In this document: positions 16,665 to 27,922 of the stretch, piece after piece
Layout: each line of letters opens with the position of its first letter
How positions within the stretch are numbered: the first letter of the stretch is position 1
Made by a program: the position numbers and the translations under genes
Notes under the pieces: generated by a model
Seen by the model: the letters and a program-made list of their open reading frames with translations, nothing else
Database searches by the model: none
What the model was told of the DNA's origin: nothing
Assembly (NCBI GenBank): GCA_043767805.1
Contig: JAYUGC010000118.1
Location: 1-27,922 of the forward strand
Direction of reading: 5' to 3'
DNA from: Pseudomonadota bacterium
GTDB taxonomy: Bacteria; Bdellovibrionota; FAC87; UBA2466
DNA length: 27,922 nucleotides

Positions 16665-17441
16665 TTAGTTAATCTGCCACCCATAGGGCTTACCTTCCCA
16701 TTCGGTAAGCACTTCGGGATCGCCTTCGGTCACTAAAATCGTATGCTCGTAATGCGCGGACAGCTTTCCGTCGTCGGTTACGGCTGTCCAGCGGTCGTCC
16801 AGGACTTTCACGCCCGCGGAGCCCTCGCTGATCATGGGCTCCAAGCAAATCGTCATGCCGGCGCGCAATTTGAGGTTCGAGGCGCCGGCTTCGTAGTTGG
16901 GGATCTGCGGATCTTCGTGCAGATGAGTCCCGATGCCGTGGCCGACGAACTCCCGGACCACGCCGTAGCCCATGGGCTTCACGGTGCCTTCGATGGCGCG
17001 TGCGATGTCTTTCAAGGTGTTGCCCGACCGGCATGCGCCAATACCCGCGTACAAAGACTGCTTCGTGGCGCGCATGAGCTTCAAGGCCGCTTCCGTCGGC
17101 TTTCCGATCGGAACGGTTACCGCGCTGTCGCCGTAAAAACCTTCCAGAATCACGCCAAAATCCAAACCGATGATGTCGCCGTCTTTGAGGGCGTACTGGC
17201 TGGGGATCCCGTGCACGATCTGATCGTTTACCGACGTGCAAAGCGAGTGACGGTACCCTTGATAGCCTTTGAACGCCGGCTTCACGCCCAAATCCTTGCA
17301 GCGCTTTTCAGACATCTCATCGAGTTGCAGCGTCGTGACGCCCGCTTTGGCGGCGTCGGCGAGTTCGATGAGAATCTGGCTCACGATCTTGCCACAGCGG
17401 CGCATGATCTCGAGCTCTCGGTTTGACTTAATGGTGACCAT
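16665..17441 (-). CDS. map: Type I methionine aminopeptidase
   Basis: [39 protein letters not shown]. Confidence 0.97.
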   Translation of the reverse strand: MVTIKSNRELEIMRRCGKIVSQILIELADAAKAGVTTLQLDEMSEKRCKDLGVKPAFKGYQGYRHSLCTSVNDQIVHGIPSQYALKDGDIIGLDFGVILEGFYGDSAVTVPIGKPTEAALKLMRATKQSLYAGIGACRSGNTLKDIARAIEGTVKPMGYGVVREFVGHGIGTHLHEDPQIPNYEAGASNLKLRAGMTICLEPMISEGSAGVKVLDDRWTAVTDDGKLSAHYEHTILVTEGDPEVLTEWEGKPYGWQIN

Positions 17442-18073
17442 TACGTCAACGCCCGAAGTAGTTCAGCCTGAAGTGTCTCGATGGCTTGCTCGCCGTCGAA
17501 GGACTTCAACTTCTTGCTCTTCTCGTAATAGGCGAGCAACTGGCTATTTTGGCCTTCAAAAACTTGGAGACGGCGTTTGACGACTTCTTCTGTATCGTCG
17601 GAACGCTGCACGAGTTGTCCCCCGCAGCGATCGCAAGCTCCGTCGGCTTTCGGCTTCGAATTCAAAACGTGATAGGGCTCGCCGCAGTTCTTGCAAACCC
17701 GGCGGCCGGTCAATCGAGCCACCAGCTGGGACTGTGGCACTCGAAGGTTCAGCGCGCGCGTCACCGTCGTGCTCTGATTCTTGTCGAGCGCTTCGGCTTG
17801 AGGAACCGTACGCGGGAATCCGTCTAAGATGACTCGTTTTCCCTGAGACTTCGCTAAGGTGTCTTCGATAAGCGCGATCATGACGGAGTCGGGAACGAGA
17901 TCGCCCTTATCCATGAAGGCCTTGGCCTTCAGGCCGACTTCGGTTTTTTCCTGGATGGCCGCGCGAAGCATATCGCCCGTCGACAAATGGAGGAATCCAC
18001 CGCGCTGAGCCAAGCGTTTTGCTTGCGTACCTTTGCCCGAACCGGGTGCTCCAAGAAAGACCGTGATATCCAT
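17441..18073 (-). CDS. adk: Adenylate kinase with Zn-type LID
   Basis: GAPGSGKGTQ, STGDMLR, LDGFPRT, CKNC..CDRC. Confidence 0.97.
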   Translation of the reverse strand: MDITVFLGAPGSGKGTQAKRLAQRGGFLHLSTGDMLRAAIQEKTEVGLKAKAFMDKGDLVPDSVMIALIEDTLAKSQGKRVILDGFPRTVPQAEALDKNQSTTVTRALNLRVPQSQLVARLTGRRVCKNCGEPYHVLNSKPKADGACDRCGGQLVQRSDDTEEVVKRRLQVFEGQNSQLLAYYEKSKKLKSFDGEQAIETLQAELLRALT

Positions 18074-18075
18074 TG

Positions 18076-19377
<1,302 letters not shown>

Positions 19378-19380
19378 GCC

Positions 19381-19872
19381 TTACTCCTCGTCGGGTCGGC
19401 GTCCGGGGAGCGGAATTTCTTCCACCTGACCGCCCGCCTGATTGATTTTCTGTACGGCGGACTTAGAAAACTTGTGCGCCTTGATCGAAAGCTTTTTGTT
19501 CAGGGCACCGTCGCCCAGAACCTTAATGAGACTAGAGATCGAACGGATGAGATTTTTTTCGAGGAGCGTCGTCGCATCCACCGTCTCACCATCCCCAAAC
19601 TTCTCTTCGAGGACCGTCACATTGACGACTTCGTAGGAAACACGGAACGGGCTCTTGAATCCCCATTTCGGGAGACGACGGTACAGAGGCGTTTGACCGC
19701 CTTCGAAACCGATACGGCGGCCTTTACCGGCACGAGCGGTTTGGCCTTTGCCACCGCGTCCGGCCTGCTTGCCCAAGCCCGAGCCGTTTCCACGGCCGCG
19801 GCGGGCGCGCTTCTGCCGGGATCCGGCGGGAGCGTGCATGTTATCTAAACTGAATTGCATGGTCGTAGCCAT
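19381..19872 (-). CDS. rplO: 50S ribosomal protein L15
   Basis: RGRGNGSGLGK..GFEGGQTPLYRRLPK. Confidence 0.97.
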   Translation of the reverse strand: MATTMQFSLDNMHAPAGSRQKRARRGRGNGSGLGKQAGRGGKGQTARAGKGRRIGFEGGQTPLYRRLPKWGFKSPFRVSYEVVNVTVLEEKFGDGETVDATTLLEKNLIRSISSLIKVLGDGALNKKLSIKAHKFSKSAVQKINQAGGQVEEIPLPGRRPDEE

Positions 19873-19873
19873 G

Positions 19874-20062
19874 TTAAACCTCTACTGCTTTAACGGCGAG
19901 AAGATGCGGAACTCGCTTGATCTGGCCCCAGGTCGCGGGGGTATCCGGCTGGACTACCTTGCTATTGAGCTTTCCTAAGCCCAAAGTGCGAACCACTACC
20001 CGCATCCATTCGGGAGTACAAATAATGCTCTTAACTAACTGAATTTCGAGTTTCTTTGCCAT
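19874..20062 (-). CDS. rpmD: 50S ribosomal protein L30
   Basis: IQLVKS..TLGL..PATWGQIKRVPHLL; position between rpsE and rplO. Confidence 0.93.
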   Translation of the reverse strand: MAKKLEIQLVKSIICTPEWMRVVVRTLGLGKLNSKVVQPDTPATWGQIKRVPHLLAVKAVEV

Positions 20063-20068
20063 GATAAA

Positions 20069-20605
20069 TTATCCCTGAGAGGCGGCTGCGGCAGCCTCCG
20101 GTAAACGATCCCGGAGGATCTCGCCAGGATCCCGCATGGACTGGAGACCATTCAAGGTCGCCCGCACCAAGTTGTGGGGATTGGTCGTTCCGAACGACTT
20201 CGTCAAAGCATTGCGGACACCCGCGATTTCCAGTACCGCTCGGCAAGCTCCGCCGGCGATGACTCCCGTACCTTCCATGGCCGGCTTGAGCATCACTTTC
20301 GCGGCGCCAAACTTACCGATGGTCTCCTGGGGGAAGGTTCCGTTTACGAGCGGAATCTTGACCAGGTTTTTCCGGGCGGACTCACCCGCTTTGCGGATGG
20401 CCTCGGGAACTTCACGCGCTTTGCCGAGACCGATGCCGACGTGACCCGTCGAATCGCCCACGACAACGATAACGCTGAAGCTGAACCGGCGTCCGCCCTT
20501 TACGACTTTGGCGACGCGGTTGATGTAAACGATACGCTCAGCGAGCTCTAAGCCCGAAGGACTCTGATGCGCTTGTCTCGGCCGTTGATTGCTCTGCATT
20601 GCCAT
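20069..20605 (-). CDS. rpsE: 30S ribosomal protein S5
   Basis: [24 protein letters not shown]. Confidence 0.98.
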   Translation of the reverse strand: MAMQSNQRPRQAHQSPSGLELAERIVYINRVAKVVKGGRRFSFSVIVVVGDSTGHVGIGLGKAREVPEAIRKAGESARKNLVKIPLVNGTFPQETIGKFGAAKVMLKPAMEGTGVIAGGACRAVLEIAGVRNALTKSFGTTNPHNLVRATLNGLQSMRDPGEILRDRLPEAAAAASQG

Positions 20606-20985
20606 TAGAAGGAAAGCCCTGCCTCTCTTGCCCCATCCGCAACCGCTTTGATTCTGCCGTGATAGGTATAACCGTTACGGTCGAAAACTACTTTTTCCAC
20701 TTTCTTCTCGCCCGCTCGCTTACCGAGGATCTGGCCGAGAGTCTTAGCGGACTCCAAATTTTTGCGGGACTTCGAAGGGAAGTCCTTCTCACGAGTGTTC
20801 GCCTGGCAGAGCGTCTTGCCCGCGAGATCGTCGATGATCTGCGCGTACAGGAACTTATTGCTCTTATAAACGACCAGACGGGCGATTTGGCCCTTCTGCT
20901 TCATGAGCTTCTTGTGAATACGAACTTTGCGCGTGCACCGGACGGCTTGGCGCGGGTTCGTGTAGCTGCGAATCTTTCTAGACAT
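20605..20985 (-). CDS. rplR: 50S ribosomal protein L18
   Basis: [41 protein letters not shown]. Confidence 0.97.
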   Translation of the reverse strand: MSRKIRSYTNPRQAVRCTRKVRIHKKLMKQKGQIARLVVYKSNKFLYAQIIDDLAGKTLCQANTREKDFPSKSRKNLESAKTLGQILGKRAGEKKVEKVVFDRNGYTYHGRIKAVADGAREAGLSF

Positions 20986-20987
20986 AC

Positions 20988-21536
20988 TTATTTACCTCCG
21001 CCGGCAGCTTTACCCTGCTTGAGCGTAATCTTTTCGCCTTGGTACCGGATGCCTTTGCCTTTGTAGGGCTCAGGCGGACGGACCTTACGAAGCTTGGCAG
21101 CGGTGCTGCCCAACAAATCTTTATCGGCGCCCGAGAGCGTGATCTTGGTGTTGGCTTCCACCGTGGCCTTGATTCCCACGGGAAGCGGGAAATCGACCGG
21201 GTGAGAGAATCCGAGGGTCAAGCCAAGATCCTGGCCTTTGACGGCAGCGCGATAACCGACGCCCTGGAGCTCGAGGACTTTCGTGTAACCGTCCGTCACG
21301 CCCGTAACCATGTTCTGAAGAAGCGAGCGCCACAAGCCGTGGAGCGCGCCGACCTTCGGATCGTTTTCGCCGGTGGTGGTGAGGTTAACCGTGTCCCCGG
21401 TAACGGCGACGACGATGCCTTGCGGAATGTCGCGGCTGAGCTTTCCGCTCTTGCCGCTCACTTCAACGTGTTGACCGTTGACCGTGACCTTCACGCCACT
21501 GGGAACCTTAATGGGTCTTTTTCCTACTCGAGACAT
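20988..21536 (-). CDS. rplF: 50S ribosomal protein L6
   Basis: [33 protein letters not shown] 21536. Confidence 0.97.
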   Translation of the reverse strand: MSRVGKRPIKVPSGVKVTVNGQHVEVSGKSGKLSRDIPQGIVVAVTGDTVNLTTTGENDPKVGALHGLWRSLLQNMVTGVTDGYTKVLELQGVGYRAAVKGQDLGLTLGFSHPVDFPLPVGIKATVEANTKITLSGADKDLLGSTAAKLRKVRPPEPYKGKGIRYQGEKITLKQGKAAGGGK

Positions 21537-21540
21537 ACAA

Positions 21541-21936
21541 TCACCAAATCTTGCAAAGAAGCTCGCCGCCAACTTTGTTTTCGCGAGCCACTTTGTCGGC
21601 CAAGACGCCTTTGGGCGTCGAAAGAATCGTCACAGCCTGCGCGCCGTCCGGTTCCGGAATTTCGCGGTGGCCTTTGTAAACCCGGAGGCCGGGCTTACTG
21701 ATACGGGTCAACCCCTGAATGACCGAAGTGGTCTTACCGGAGTACTTCAAATAGATGCGGAGGATGCCCTCGTCGCCCTGCCGGAAAAGCTTATAGTTCT
21801 TCACGAACCCGTGCTCTTTCCAGATGTCGACAATGGCAATCTTCATCCGGCTAGGCGGAATGTCCACCTTAGGATGCCGAGCCTGTACGGCGTTACGAAC
21901 TCTCGTCAGCAAATCTGCAATCGGATCATTTACCAT
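21541..21936 (-). CDS. rpsH: 30S ribosomal protein S8
   Basis: DPIADLLTRVRNA, ISKPGLRVY, STPKG, GGELLC. Confidence 0.97.
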   Translation of the reverse strand: MVNDPIADLLTRVRNAVQARHPKVDIPPSRMKIAIVDIWKEHGFVKNYKLFRQGDEGILRIYLKYSGKTTSVIQGLTRISKPGLRVYKGHREIPEPDGAQAVTILSTPKGVLADKVARENKVGGELLCKIW

Positions 21937-21937
21937 T

Positions 21938-22123
21938 TTACCAACTCGCCTTAATGACTCCGGGGAGCATCCCCTGGAGCGCTAATCCGCGGAAACAGAG
22001 ACGACAAAGCTGAAACTTTCTCAAGAAAGCCCGGGAACGACCGCAGCGAGGGCAGCGGTTGTACTTACGAACTTTGAACTTCGGGGTTCTACGGGCCTTT
22101 ACTCTAAGTGACGTCTTTGCCAT
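21938..22123 (-). CDS. rpsN: 30S ribosomal protein S14 type Z (61 aa, Zn-binding)
   Basis: [22 protein letters not shown]. Confidence 0.97.
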   Translation of the reverse strand: MAKTSLRVKARRTPKFKVRKYNRCPRCGRSRAFLRKFQLCRLCFRGLALQGMLPGVIKASW

Positions 22124-22136
22124 CGGTTACATTCTC

Positions 22137-22691
22137 TCAATTAGAAGTAGTCTTACGGAACGGGAAGCCGAGCTTTTCGAGAAGCTGGTACCCTTCCTTG
22201 TCCGTCTTTGCCGACGTGACCACGGTAATGTTCATGCCGCGCATCTTGTCCACGCGATCAAAATTGATCTCGGGGAAGATAATCTGTTCTTTCAGGCCCA
22301 TCGTGTAGTTGCCGCGTCCGTCGAAGCCAGTGGGGCTGATACCGCGGAAGTCGCGGACACGGGGAAGGGCGATATTCGTGAACCGGTCGAGAAATTCGTA
22401 CATGCGGGCACCACGAAGGGTGGTGACGCAACCGAGGGGCATGCCCTTACGAATCTTGAAAGCGGCGATGGCTTTCTTGGCGCGGGTCAATTTAGGCTTT
22501 TGGCCGGTGATGACGCCCACTTCTTCCATCGCCTTATCGAGAACCTTCATGTCAGTGGTGGCCTCTTTGAGGCACATGCTGACCAAAACTTTCTCGAGTT
22601 TCGGAGTCTGCATGGGGTTCTTGTACTTGTACTCCGCCATGAGCTCCGGAACGACTTTCTTCTGATAATGGTCGAAAAGTCTCGTTTTCAT
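22137..22691 (-). CDS. rplE: 50S ribosomal protein L5
   Basis: ITGQKP, LPRVRDFRG, FDGRGNY, EQIIFPEI; ATG 22691. Confidence 0.97.
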   Translation of the reverse strand: MKTRLFDHYQKKVVPELMAEYKYKNPMQTPKLEKVLVSMCLKEATTDMKVLDKAMEEVGVITGQKPKLTRAKKAIAAFKIRKGMPLGCVTTLRGARMYEFLDRFTNIALPRVRDFRGISPTGFDGRGNYTMGLKEQIIFPEINFDRVDKMRGMNITVVTSAKTDKEGYQLLEKLGFPFRKTTSN

Positions 22692-22692
22692 A

Positions 22693-23028
22693 TCACTTAT
22701 CCAACTGAGTGCTGCACTTGCGGCAGGACCGAACTTTATTGCCGTCGGCCAAAGTTTTGCGTGTCGTCCGGACTCCCTTGCCGCACTTATCGCAGTACAA
22801 AAGAACATTGGAAGCCTGAATGGAGCCTTCCTTTTCCACGATTCCGCCCGGAGCTTTGCCCGTGGGTTTCGTGTGCCGTTTGAGGACGTTGATCTTTTCG
22901 ATCACGACCTTGCCGGTCTTGCGGTTCACGCGGAGGACCTTACCGGTCTTGCCGCGGTCTTTGCCCACTTTCACCTGAACGATGTCGTTACGGCGAACGT
23001 GAAAAATAGTGTTGAGTCTCGGTTCCAT
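22693..23028 (-). CDS. rplX: 50S ribosomal protein L24
   Basis: GKDRGKTGKV KOW motif, GGIVEKE..SNV. Confidence 0.96.
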   Translation of the reverse strand: MEPRLNTIFHVRRNDIVQVKVGKDRGKTGKVLRVNRKTGKVVIEKINVLKRHTKPTGKAPGGIVEKEGSIQASNVLLYCDKCGKGVRTTRKTLADGNKVRSCRKCSTQLDK

Positions 23029-23405
23029 TACAGCACCTCCGGGGCGAGCGAAATGATCTTCATGTAGCCGTCCTTGGACGGAACGCGAAGTTCGCGGGCG
23101 ACCGGTCCGAAGATGCGAGTGCCGATAGGCTCACCGTTGGTGTTCAAAAGAACAGCCGCGTTATCATCAAAACGAATGAAAGAACCATCCGAGCGGCGGA
23201 TTTCCTTCTTGGTGCGCACGACAACCGCTTTCGCGACCGTGCCCTTCTTCACTTTGGAAGTAGGAAGGGCGTCCTTAATGGTGACGACGATGACATCGCC
23301 CACGCCGGCGTAACGACGCTTGGAACCACCGAGTACCTTAAAGCACATGACGGTCTTGGCGCCGGAGTTATCGGCGACGTTTAAATATGTTTCTTGCTGG
23401 ATCAT
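23028..23405 (-). CDS. rplN: 50S ribosomal protein L14
   Basis: [44 protein letters not shown]. Confidence 0.98.
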   Translation of the reverse strand: MIQQETYLNVADNSGAKTVMCFKVLGGSKRRYAGVGDVIVVTIKDALPTSKVKKGTVAKAVVVRTKKEIRRSDGSFIRFDDNAAVLLNTNGEPIGTRIFGPVARELRVPSKDGYMKIISLAPEVL

Positions 23406-23671
23406 TCCGGAGATCCCTTCTTCACGATTTCCGAGATCCGGTAAGCCTTGTTCTTGGACAGGGGCCGGGTCGAAACGGCGATGACGGTATCGCCCTTTTT
23501 GCTCTCGTTCTTTTCGTCATGGACGAAAAGGCGCGTGTGGCGCTCGGTCTTTTTGGCGTACAGGTTATGAGCGTGCTCGCGGGCAACTTCGATGACGCGG
23601 GTCTTGGTCATCTTGTCGCTTACGACGACACCTTTCACGGCCTGCTTTTTACGAACAACTTCTGCTTCCAT
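23402..23671 (-). CDS. rpsQ: 30S ribosomal protein S17
   Basis: [22 protein letters not shown]. Confidence 0.95.
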   Translation of the reverse strand: MEAEVVRKKQAVKGVVVSDKMTKTRVIEVAREHAHNLYAKKTERHTRLFVHDEKNESKKGDTVIAVSTRPLSKNKAYRISEIVKKGSPE

Positions 23672-23687
23672 ACAAACTCCCTAAATC

Positions 23688-23999
23688 CTACTCGCTCGCC
23701 TTAGCCGTCTTGGCTTTTGCCTTGGGCTTGGTGGTCTTTGCGGCTTTGGCCGGCTTGTCCTGAACGACGGCGGAAGCGGCTTTGGGGGCCGCCGCGGCTT
23801 CAGTCGCTCCTTTGGCGTTCTTCTCGGTCAAAATCGTATAGGCACGGGCGATGTCACGGCGGAGCTTACGGATCACGCTGGTATCCCGCGCTTCCGCGTT
23901 TTCCATCTTGAACCGTGAGCGGAAGACTTCTTCCTTCCACTGGTTGATGCGGCCCGTGAGGTCCGACGCCGAAAAATCTCTGAGTTCTTTCGCTTTCAT
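23688..23999 (-). CDS. rpmC: 50S ribosomal protein L29 with Ala/Lys-rich C-terminal extension
   Basis: MKAKELR..IRKLRRDIAR..T; position after rplP. Confidence 0.95.
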   Translation of the reverse strand: MKAKELRDFSASDLTGRINQWKEEVFRSRFKMENAEARDTSVIRKLRRDIARAYTILTEKNAKGATEAAAAPKAASAVVQDKPAKAAKTTKPKAKAKTAKASE

Positions 24000-24415
24000 T
24001 AGAGAGTCAATCCCCGCTGGACGATTTTCGTCTTGAGCGGAAGTTTATGAGAGGCCAGCGTGAGCGCTACTTTAGCGACATCAGGCGGACACCCTTCCAT
24101 TTCAAACAAAATGCGGCCGGGCTTGATGACCGCAACCCAAAATTCCGGAGCTCCTTTACCGCCACCTTGCCGGGTCTCGGCAGGCTTTCTGGTGACAGGT
24201 TTGTCCGGAAAAATGCGGATGAACATCTTACCAATTTTCTTCACGTGCCGGGCAATCGTAACGCGGCTCGCTTCAATCTGACGGGCCGTAATACGGCCGT
24301 GCTCGACCGCGGCCAAACCGAAATCCCCGTTGTGCAGGTCGGATCCCCGGTAAGCTTTTCCGCGATTCTTGCCCTTTTGTACCTTGCGGTACTTAACGCG
24401 CTTGGGACTCAACAT
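23999..24415 (-). CDS. rplP: 50S ribosomal protein L16
   Basis: [30 protein letters not shown]. Confidence 0.98.
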   Translation of the reverse strand: MLSPKRVKYRKVQKGKNRGKAYRGSDLHNGDFGLAAVEHGRITARQIEASRVTIARHVKKIGKMFIRIFPDKPVTRKPAETRQGGGKGAPEFWVAVIKPGRILFEMEGCPPDVAKVALTLASHKLPLKTKIVQRGLTL

Positions 24416-24421
24416 AACTCT

Positions 24422-25090
24422 TTATCCTTCAGTCTGAGGCGCGGTGTTGGCCACGGGACGTTGCTTCCCGAGTACATCGCCCTTATAAACCCAAACTTTT
24501 ACGCCAATTTGGCCGTACGTCGTGTACGCCTCGGCCGTGCCGTAATCGATGTCCGCACGCAGCGTGTGCAACGGAACACTGCCTTCGGCGTAGCGCTCGA
24601 CGCGGGCGATTTCGCTTCCACCCAAACGACCCGAGCACTGAACCTTGATTCCTTTGACGCCAAACTTGAACGCCTGCTGCATGGACTTCTTCATGGCGCG
24701 GCGGAAGGCGATACGGCGCTCGAGCTGATCCGCGATGTTCTCGGAGATGAGCTGGGCGTCGGCTTCGGCCTTACGGACTTCCTGAATGTTCAGGAAGACT
24801 TCGGTCGTGGAAAGCTTTTGCGTCTCGGCTTTGAGCTGCTCGATGCCAGTGCCTTTTTTGCCGATGACGATACCGGGACGAGCGGTATGAATGGTGATCT
24901 TGATCTTGCCGGCCACGCGCTCGATGTCGATGGCGGAGATGCCGGCGTGCCGAAGCTTGTCCTTCAAGAAACGGCGGATCTTAAGATCTTCGTGCAGGTA
25001 CTTCGCGTAGTCCTTCGTCGCATACCAGCGAGAAGACCAGGTCTTGTTGACTCCTAAGCGAAAACCAATCGGATGTGTTTTTTGACCCAT
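24422..25090 (-). CDS. rpsC: 30S ribosomal protein S3
   Basis: [34 protein letters not shown]. Confidence 0.98.
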   Translation of the reverse strand: MGQKTHPIGFRLGVNKTWSSRWYATKDYAKYLHEDLKIRRFLKDKLRHAGISAIDIERVAGKIKITIHTARPGIVIGKKGTGIEQLKAETQKLSTTEVFLNIQEVRKAEADAQLISENIADQLERRIAFRRAMKKSMQQAFKFGVKGIKVQCSGRLGGSEIARVERYAEGSVPLHTLRADIDYGTAEAYTTYGQIGVKVWVYKGDVLGKQRPVANTAPQTEG

Positions 25091-25426
25091 TTATCTGGCC
25101 TCGTCCAAAATAAGCGTCACGTGACACATTTTCTTGAGAATCGGATACGCACGACCTTGCGAGCGGGGCATGAAACGCTTCATGACCGGACCGTCGTCGA
25201 CGCGTACGTTTTTCACGATCAAATTATCCATCGCGATGCCGCCTTTTTCGCGGGCGTTCGCAACCGCCGAGTTCAAAAGGGTATGCATCATCTTGCCGCC
25301 CTTTTTTTGGCAAAAACGGAGCTGAACGGACGCCTTGTCGACGGTCATGCCGGAGCAAAGCCGCGCAACCAGGCGCATCTTGCGGGGGGTAACCCGCGCG
25401 TATCTAAGAACTGCTCGGACTTCCAT
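25091..25426 (-). CDS. rplV: 50S ribosomal protein L22
   Basis: PRKMRLVA..SAVANA..VDDGPVMKRFMPRSQGRA. Confidence 0.97.
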   Translation of the reverse strand: MEVRAVLRYARVTPRKMRLVARLCSGMTVDKASVQLRFCQKKGGKMMHTLLNSAVANAREKGGIAMDNLIVKNVRVDDGPVMKRFMPRSQGRAYPILKKMCHVTLILDEAR

Positions 25427-25710
25427 TACTTCGCCCCTTCTACTTTCGTCTTCTTGTCCCCGGAATGGACATGGAACGTCCGGGTGGCGGCGAACTCACC
25501 CAATTTGTGACCAACCATGTTCTCAGTGATGAACACGGGCACGAACTTGCGGCCATTGTGGACAGCTAAGGTCAAACCAATGAATTCCGGTACTACCGTC
25601 GAGCGGCGCGACCACGTCTTTACGACCTTATCCCGGCTTCCACCGGCTTTTTCGGCCTTCTTGATCAGATGCGCGTCGACGTAAGGACCTTTTTTTACTG
25701 AACGAGCCAT
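25426..25710 (-). CDS. rpsS: 30S ribosomal protein S19
   Basis: [26 protein letters not shown]. Confidence 0.98.
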   Translation of the reverse strand: MARSVKKGPYVDAHLIKKAEKAGGSRDKVVKTWSRRSTVVPEFIGLTLAVHNGRKFVPVFITENMVGHKLGEFAATRTFHVHSGDKKTKVEGAK

Positions 25711-25713
25711 AAA

Positions 25714-26541
25714 TTACTTCTTATTCCTCCGACGAGTAATGAACCGGTCGGTACGGTGGTTCTTACGCGTCTTTTTACCTTTGGTCTTGATACCCCAAGG
25801 CGTCGTCGGATGACGGCCACCAGAGGAACGGCCTTCGCCGCCACCCATGGGATGATCGACCGGGTTCATGGAAACGCCGCGGTTATGCGGACGGAAACCC
25901 AACCAGCGCATGCGTCCGGCTTTACCAATCACGACGTTTTCGTGGTCGAGGTTACCGACCTGACCGATGGTCGCCCAGCAATCCTCGTGGATGCGGCGAA
26001 TCTCACCGGACGGCATCCGAAGCTGGGCATAGCCCCCTTCGAAACCCACAATCGAAATCTGAGATCCGGCAGAGCGGCCGAGCTTGCCGCCCGCGCCGAT
26101 TTTCATCTCTACGTTGTGCACCGACGTGCCCGCGGGGATGTTCTTCATGGGCATGCAATTGCCCACCTGAATGTCCGCCTTGGGAGACGCGACCACCGAG
26201 GTGCCGACCTTCACGCCGAGAGGCGCGAGGATGTAGCGCTTTTCGCCGTCGGCGTAGCAAACCAAGGCGAGATTCGCCGTGCGGTTCGGGTCGTACTCGA
26301 GCGCCGTGATTTTGCCCGGGATCTCTTTCTTATCCCGTTTGAAATCGACGAGGCGGTACTTCCGTTTATGACCACCGCCGCGGAAACGGCTGGTGATACG
26401 ACCATAGTTATTACGACCACCCGTGCTCGACTTGATCTTGATCAGCTTCTTCTCGGGCTTCTTGTCAGAGAGCTCGGAGAAGTCCAGCTGGGTCAAAAAC
26501 CGTCGGGTCGGTGTATAAGGTTTAAAGCTTTTTGTCGGCAT
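25714..26541 (-). CDS. rplB: 50S ribosomal protein L2
   Basis: [30 protein letters not shown]. Confidence 0.98.
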   Translation of the reverse strand: MPTKSFKPYTPTRRFLTQLDFSELSDKKPEKKLIKIKSSTGGRNNYGRITSRFRGGGHKRKYRLVDFKRDKKEIPGKITALEYDPNRTANLALVCYADGEKRYILAPLGVKVGTSVVASPKADIQVGNCMPMKNIPAGTSVHNVEMKIGAGGKLGRSAGSQISIVGFEGGYAQLRMPSGEIRRIHEDCWATIGQVGNLDHENVVIGKAGRMRWLGFRPHNRGVSMNPVDHPMGGGEGRSSGGRHPTTPWGIKTKGKKTRKNHRTDRFITRRRNKK

Positions 26542-26544
26542 GTC

Positions 26545-26823
26545 TTAACTCGCAGCGAATTCGAATTTCTCGCCATCCTTCAACTTCACGATGGCTTTTT
26601 TGATGAACTTCCGTTTGCCAGGAAACTTCCCTAGCTTCCGGCTCTCGGTACGGCAGACCATGGTATTGACCCGCTCGACCTTTACGCTAAAGAGCTTTTC
26701 GATAGCCTTTTTGATCTCTTGGCGATTAGCCGTGAGCTCGACTTCGAAACCATGCTCATTGAGCAAACCAGCGCGGAGAGTATTCTTCTCCGTAACGATG
26801 GCGCGTTTGATGATGCTATGCAT
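26545..26823 (-). CDS. rplW: 50S ribosomal protein L23
   Basis: IVTEK, EIKKAIEKLFSVKVERVNT, KKAIVKL. Confidence 0.96.
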   Translation of the reverse strand: MHSIIKRAIVTEKNTLRAGLLNEHGFEVELTANRQEIKKAIEKLFSVKVERVNTMVCRTESRKLGKFPGKRKFIKKAIVKLKDGEKFEFAAS

Positions 26824-27457
26824 TTGTCAGGCGCTCCGTCAGTTTCTGGACCGCCTGAGAACTGAGGACCAGATTCTTAAACTTCAAAAGATCGAAGACG
26901 TTGACGCCTTCGGGACGCAAGCACTTCACGCCCTTTAGGTTCTTCACGCTCAGGTTGAAGAACTTTTCCTTGTCTCCGACGTTCGCGTTCACGACCAAAG
27001 CGGTCGCGAATCCAAACGCTTTTTCGAGAGACTGAGAAGCATTTTTCGTGCTGAGCTTATCGAGCTCCAGCTTGTCGATGATGAACAGACGGTCTTCCTT
27101 CTGGTGCATGGAGAGAACGCTGATGAGCGCCTGGCGCATGCACTTCTTATTCATCTTCTGGATGCGACGACGGGGGCGCGGGCCGTGGGCTTTACCGCCG
27201 CCAACGAAAATAGGAGCGGTCGCGGCGCCGTGACGGGCCTGGCCGGTACCTTTTTGCTTGTACATCTTCTTCGTGGTGCCGTGCACTTCGCTGCGGGTCT
27301 TGGAATTCGCAGTGCGGTACTCGTAACGGCGCGCGATCTGCGTGCGGACGGCATCGTGAATAAGATGGGGCTTAATCTCACCGGAGAAAACGGCGTCGTT
27401 CAATTCGACGGAACCGACTTTCTCCTTCTTTAAATTATAGATGGGCAACAACGGCAT
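26816..27457 (-). CDS. rplD: 50S ribosomal protein L4
   Basis: [35 protein letters not shown]. Confidence 0.97.
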   Translation of the reverse strand: MPLLPIYNLKKEKVGSVELNDAVFSGEIKPHLIHDAVRTQIARRYEYRTANSKTRSEVHGTTKKMYKQKGTGQARHGAATAPIFVGGGKAHGPRPRRRIQKMNKKCMRQALISVLSMHQKEDRLFIIDKLELDKLSTKNASQSLEKAFGFATALVVNANVGDKEKFFNLSVKNLKGVKCLRPEGVNVFDLLKFKNLVLSSQAVQKLTERLTNA

Positions 27458-27466
27458 GGAATCCTC

Positions 27467-27775
27467 TTACAACGTGATGCTCACATCGATGCCCGCCGAC
27501 AAATCCAGCTTCATTAAGGAATCGATAGTATTTTGGGTAGGCTCAAGAATGTCGATCAGGCGCTTATGCGTCCGGATCTCGAACTGCTCGCGCGACTTTT
27601 TATCGACGTGCGGAGAACGAAGTACCGTGTACCGGTTAATCTTGGTCGGCAACGGAATCGGGCCCGCGATTTTCGCACCCGTACGCCGCGCCGTTTCCAC
27701 GATTTCGGAGACGGACTGATCCAACAACTTATAGTCGAAGGCTTTTAAGCGAATTCTGATCTTCTGACTCTGCAC
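27467..27775 (-). CDS. rpsJ: 30S ribosomal protein S10
   Basis: [34 protein letters not shown] start. Confidence 0.98.
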   Translation of the reverse strand: MQSQKIRIRLKAFDYKLLDQSVSEIVETARRTGAKIAGPIPLPTKINRYTVLRSPHVDKKSREQFEIRTHKRLIDILEPTQNTIDSLMKLDLSAGIDVSITL

Positions 27776-27778
27776 CGG

Positions 27779-27922
27779 TTACTCCACAATCTCAGTGATC
27801 ACACCGGCGCCGACGGTACGGCCGCCTTCGCGAATAGCGAAGCGGACTTCTTTTTCCATCGCGATGGGCGTAATCAATTCGCCTTCGATGGTGACGTTAT
27901 CGCCGGGCATTACCATTTCGGT
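27779..27922 (-). CDS. tuf: Elongation factor Tu, 3' end (partial)
   Basis: Manual translation [47 protein letters not shown]. Confidence 0.97.
   Translation of the reverse strand, partial: TEMVMPGDNVTIEGELITPIAMEKEVRFAIREGGRTVGAGVITEIVE

Overview
Bacterial, moderately GC-rich window with two parts; the ribosomal proteins and lipoprotein/Slt content look deltaproteobacteria/Bdellovibrionota-like, which is an impression only. The right half (13021-27922, minus strand) is the continuous tuf-S10-spc-alpha ribosomal superoperon, from the tuf 3' end to rplQ, including adk, map, infA and a short rpmJ missed by the ORF track. Notably, rplC (L3) is absent: rpsJ is joined to rplD through a 9-bp spacer carrying an SD. 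The left half is accessory and envelope-related. A divergent cassette has a DPM1-like GT2 and two unknown, possibly degenerate NifU/IscU-like genes on the minus strand, and a radical SAM/SPASM-twitch enzyme on the plus strand. It is followed by two tandem ~1000-aa 'MFS-like membrane domain + SpeE-like SAM-binding domain' paralogs that lack aminopropyltransferase signature residues and whose topology suggests an extracytoplasmic catalytic domain. Next come a small secreted protein, an Slt-type lytic transglycosylase lipoprotein, a QYP(T/S)-repeat lipoprotein behind a sigma54-like promoter, a secreted coiled-coil protein and a TlpA-like thioredoxin appended to the ribosomal operon.
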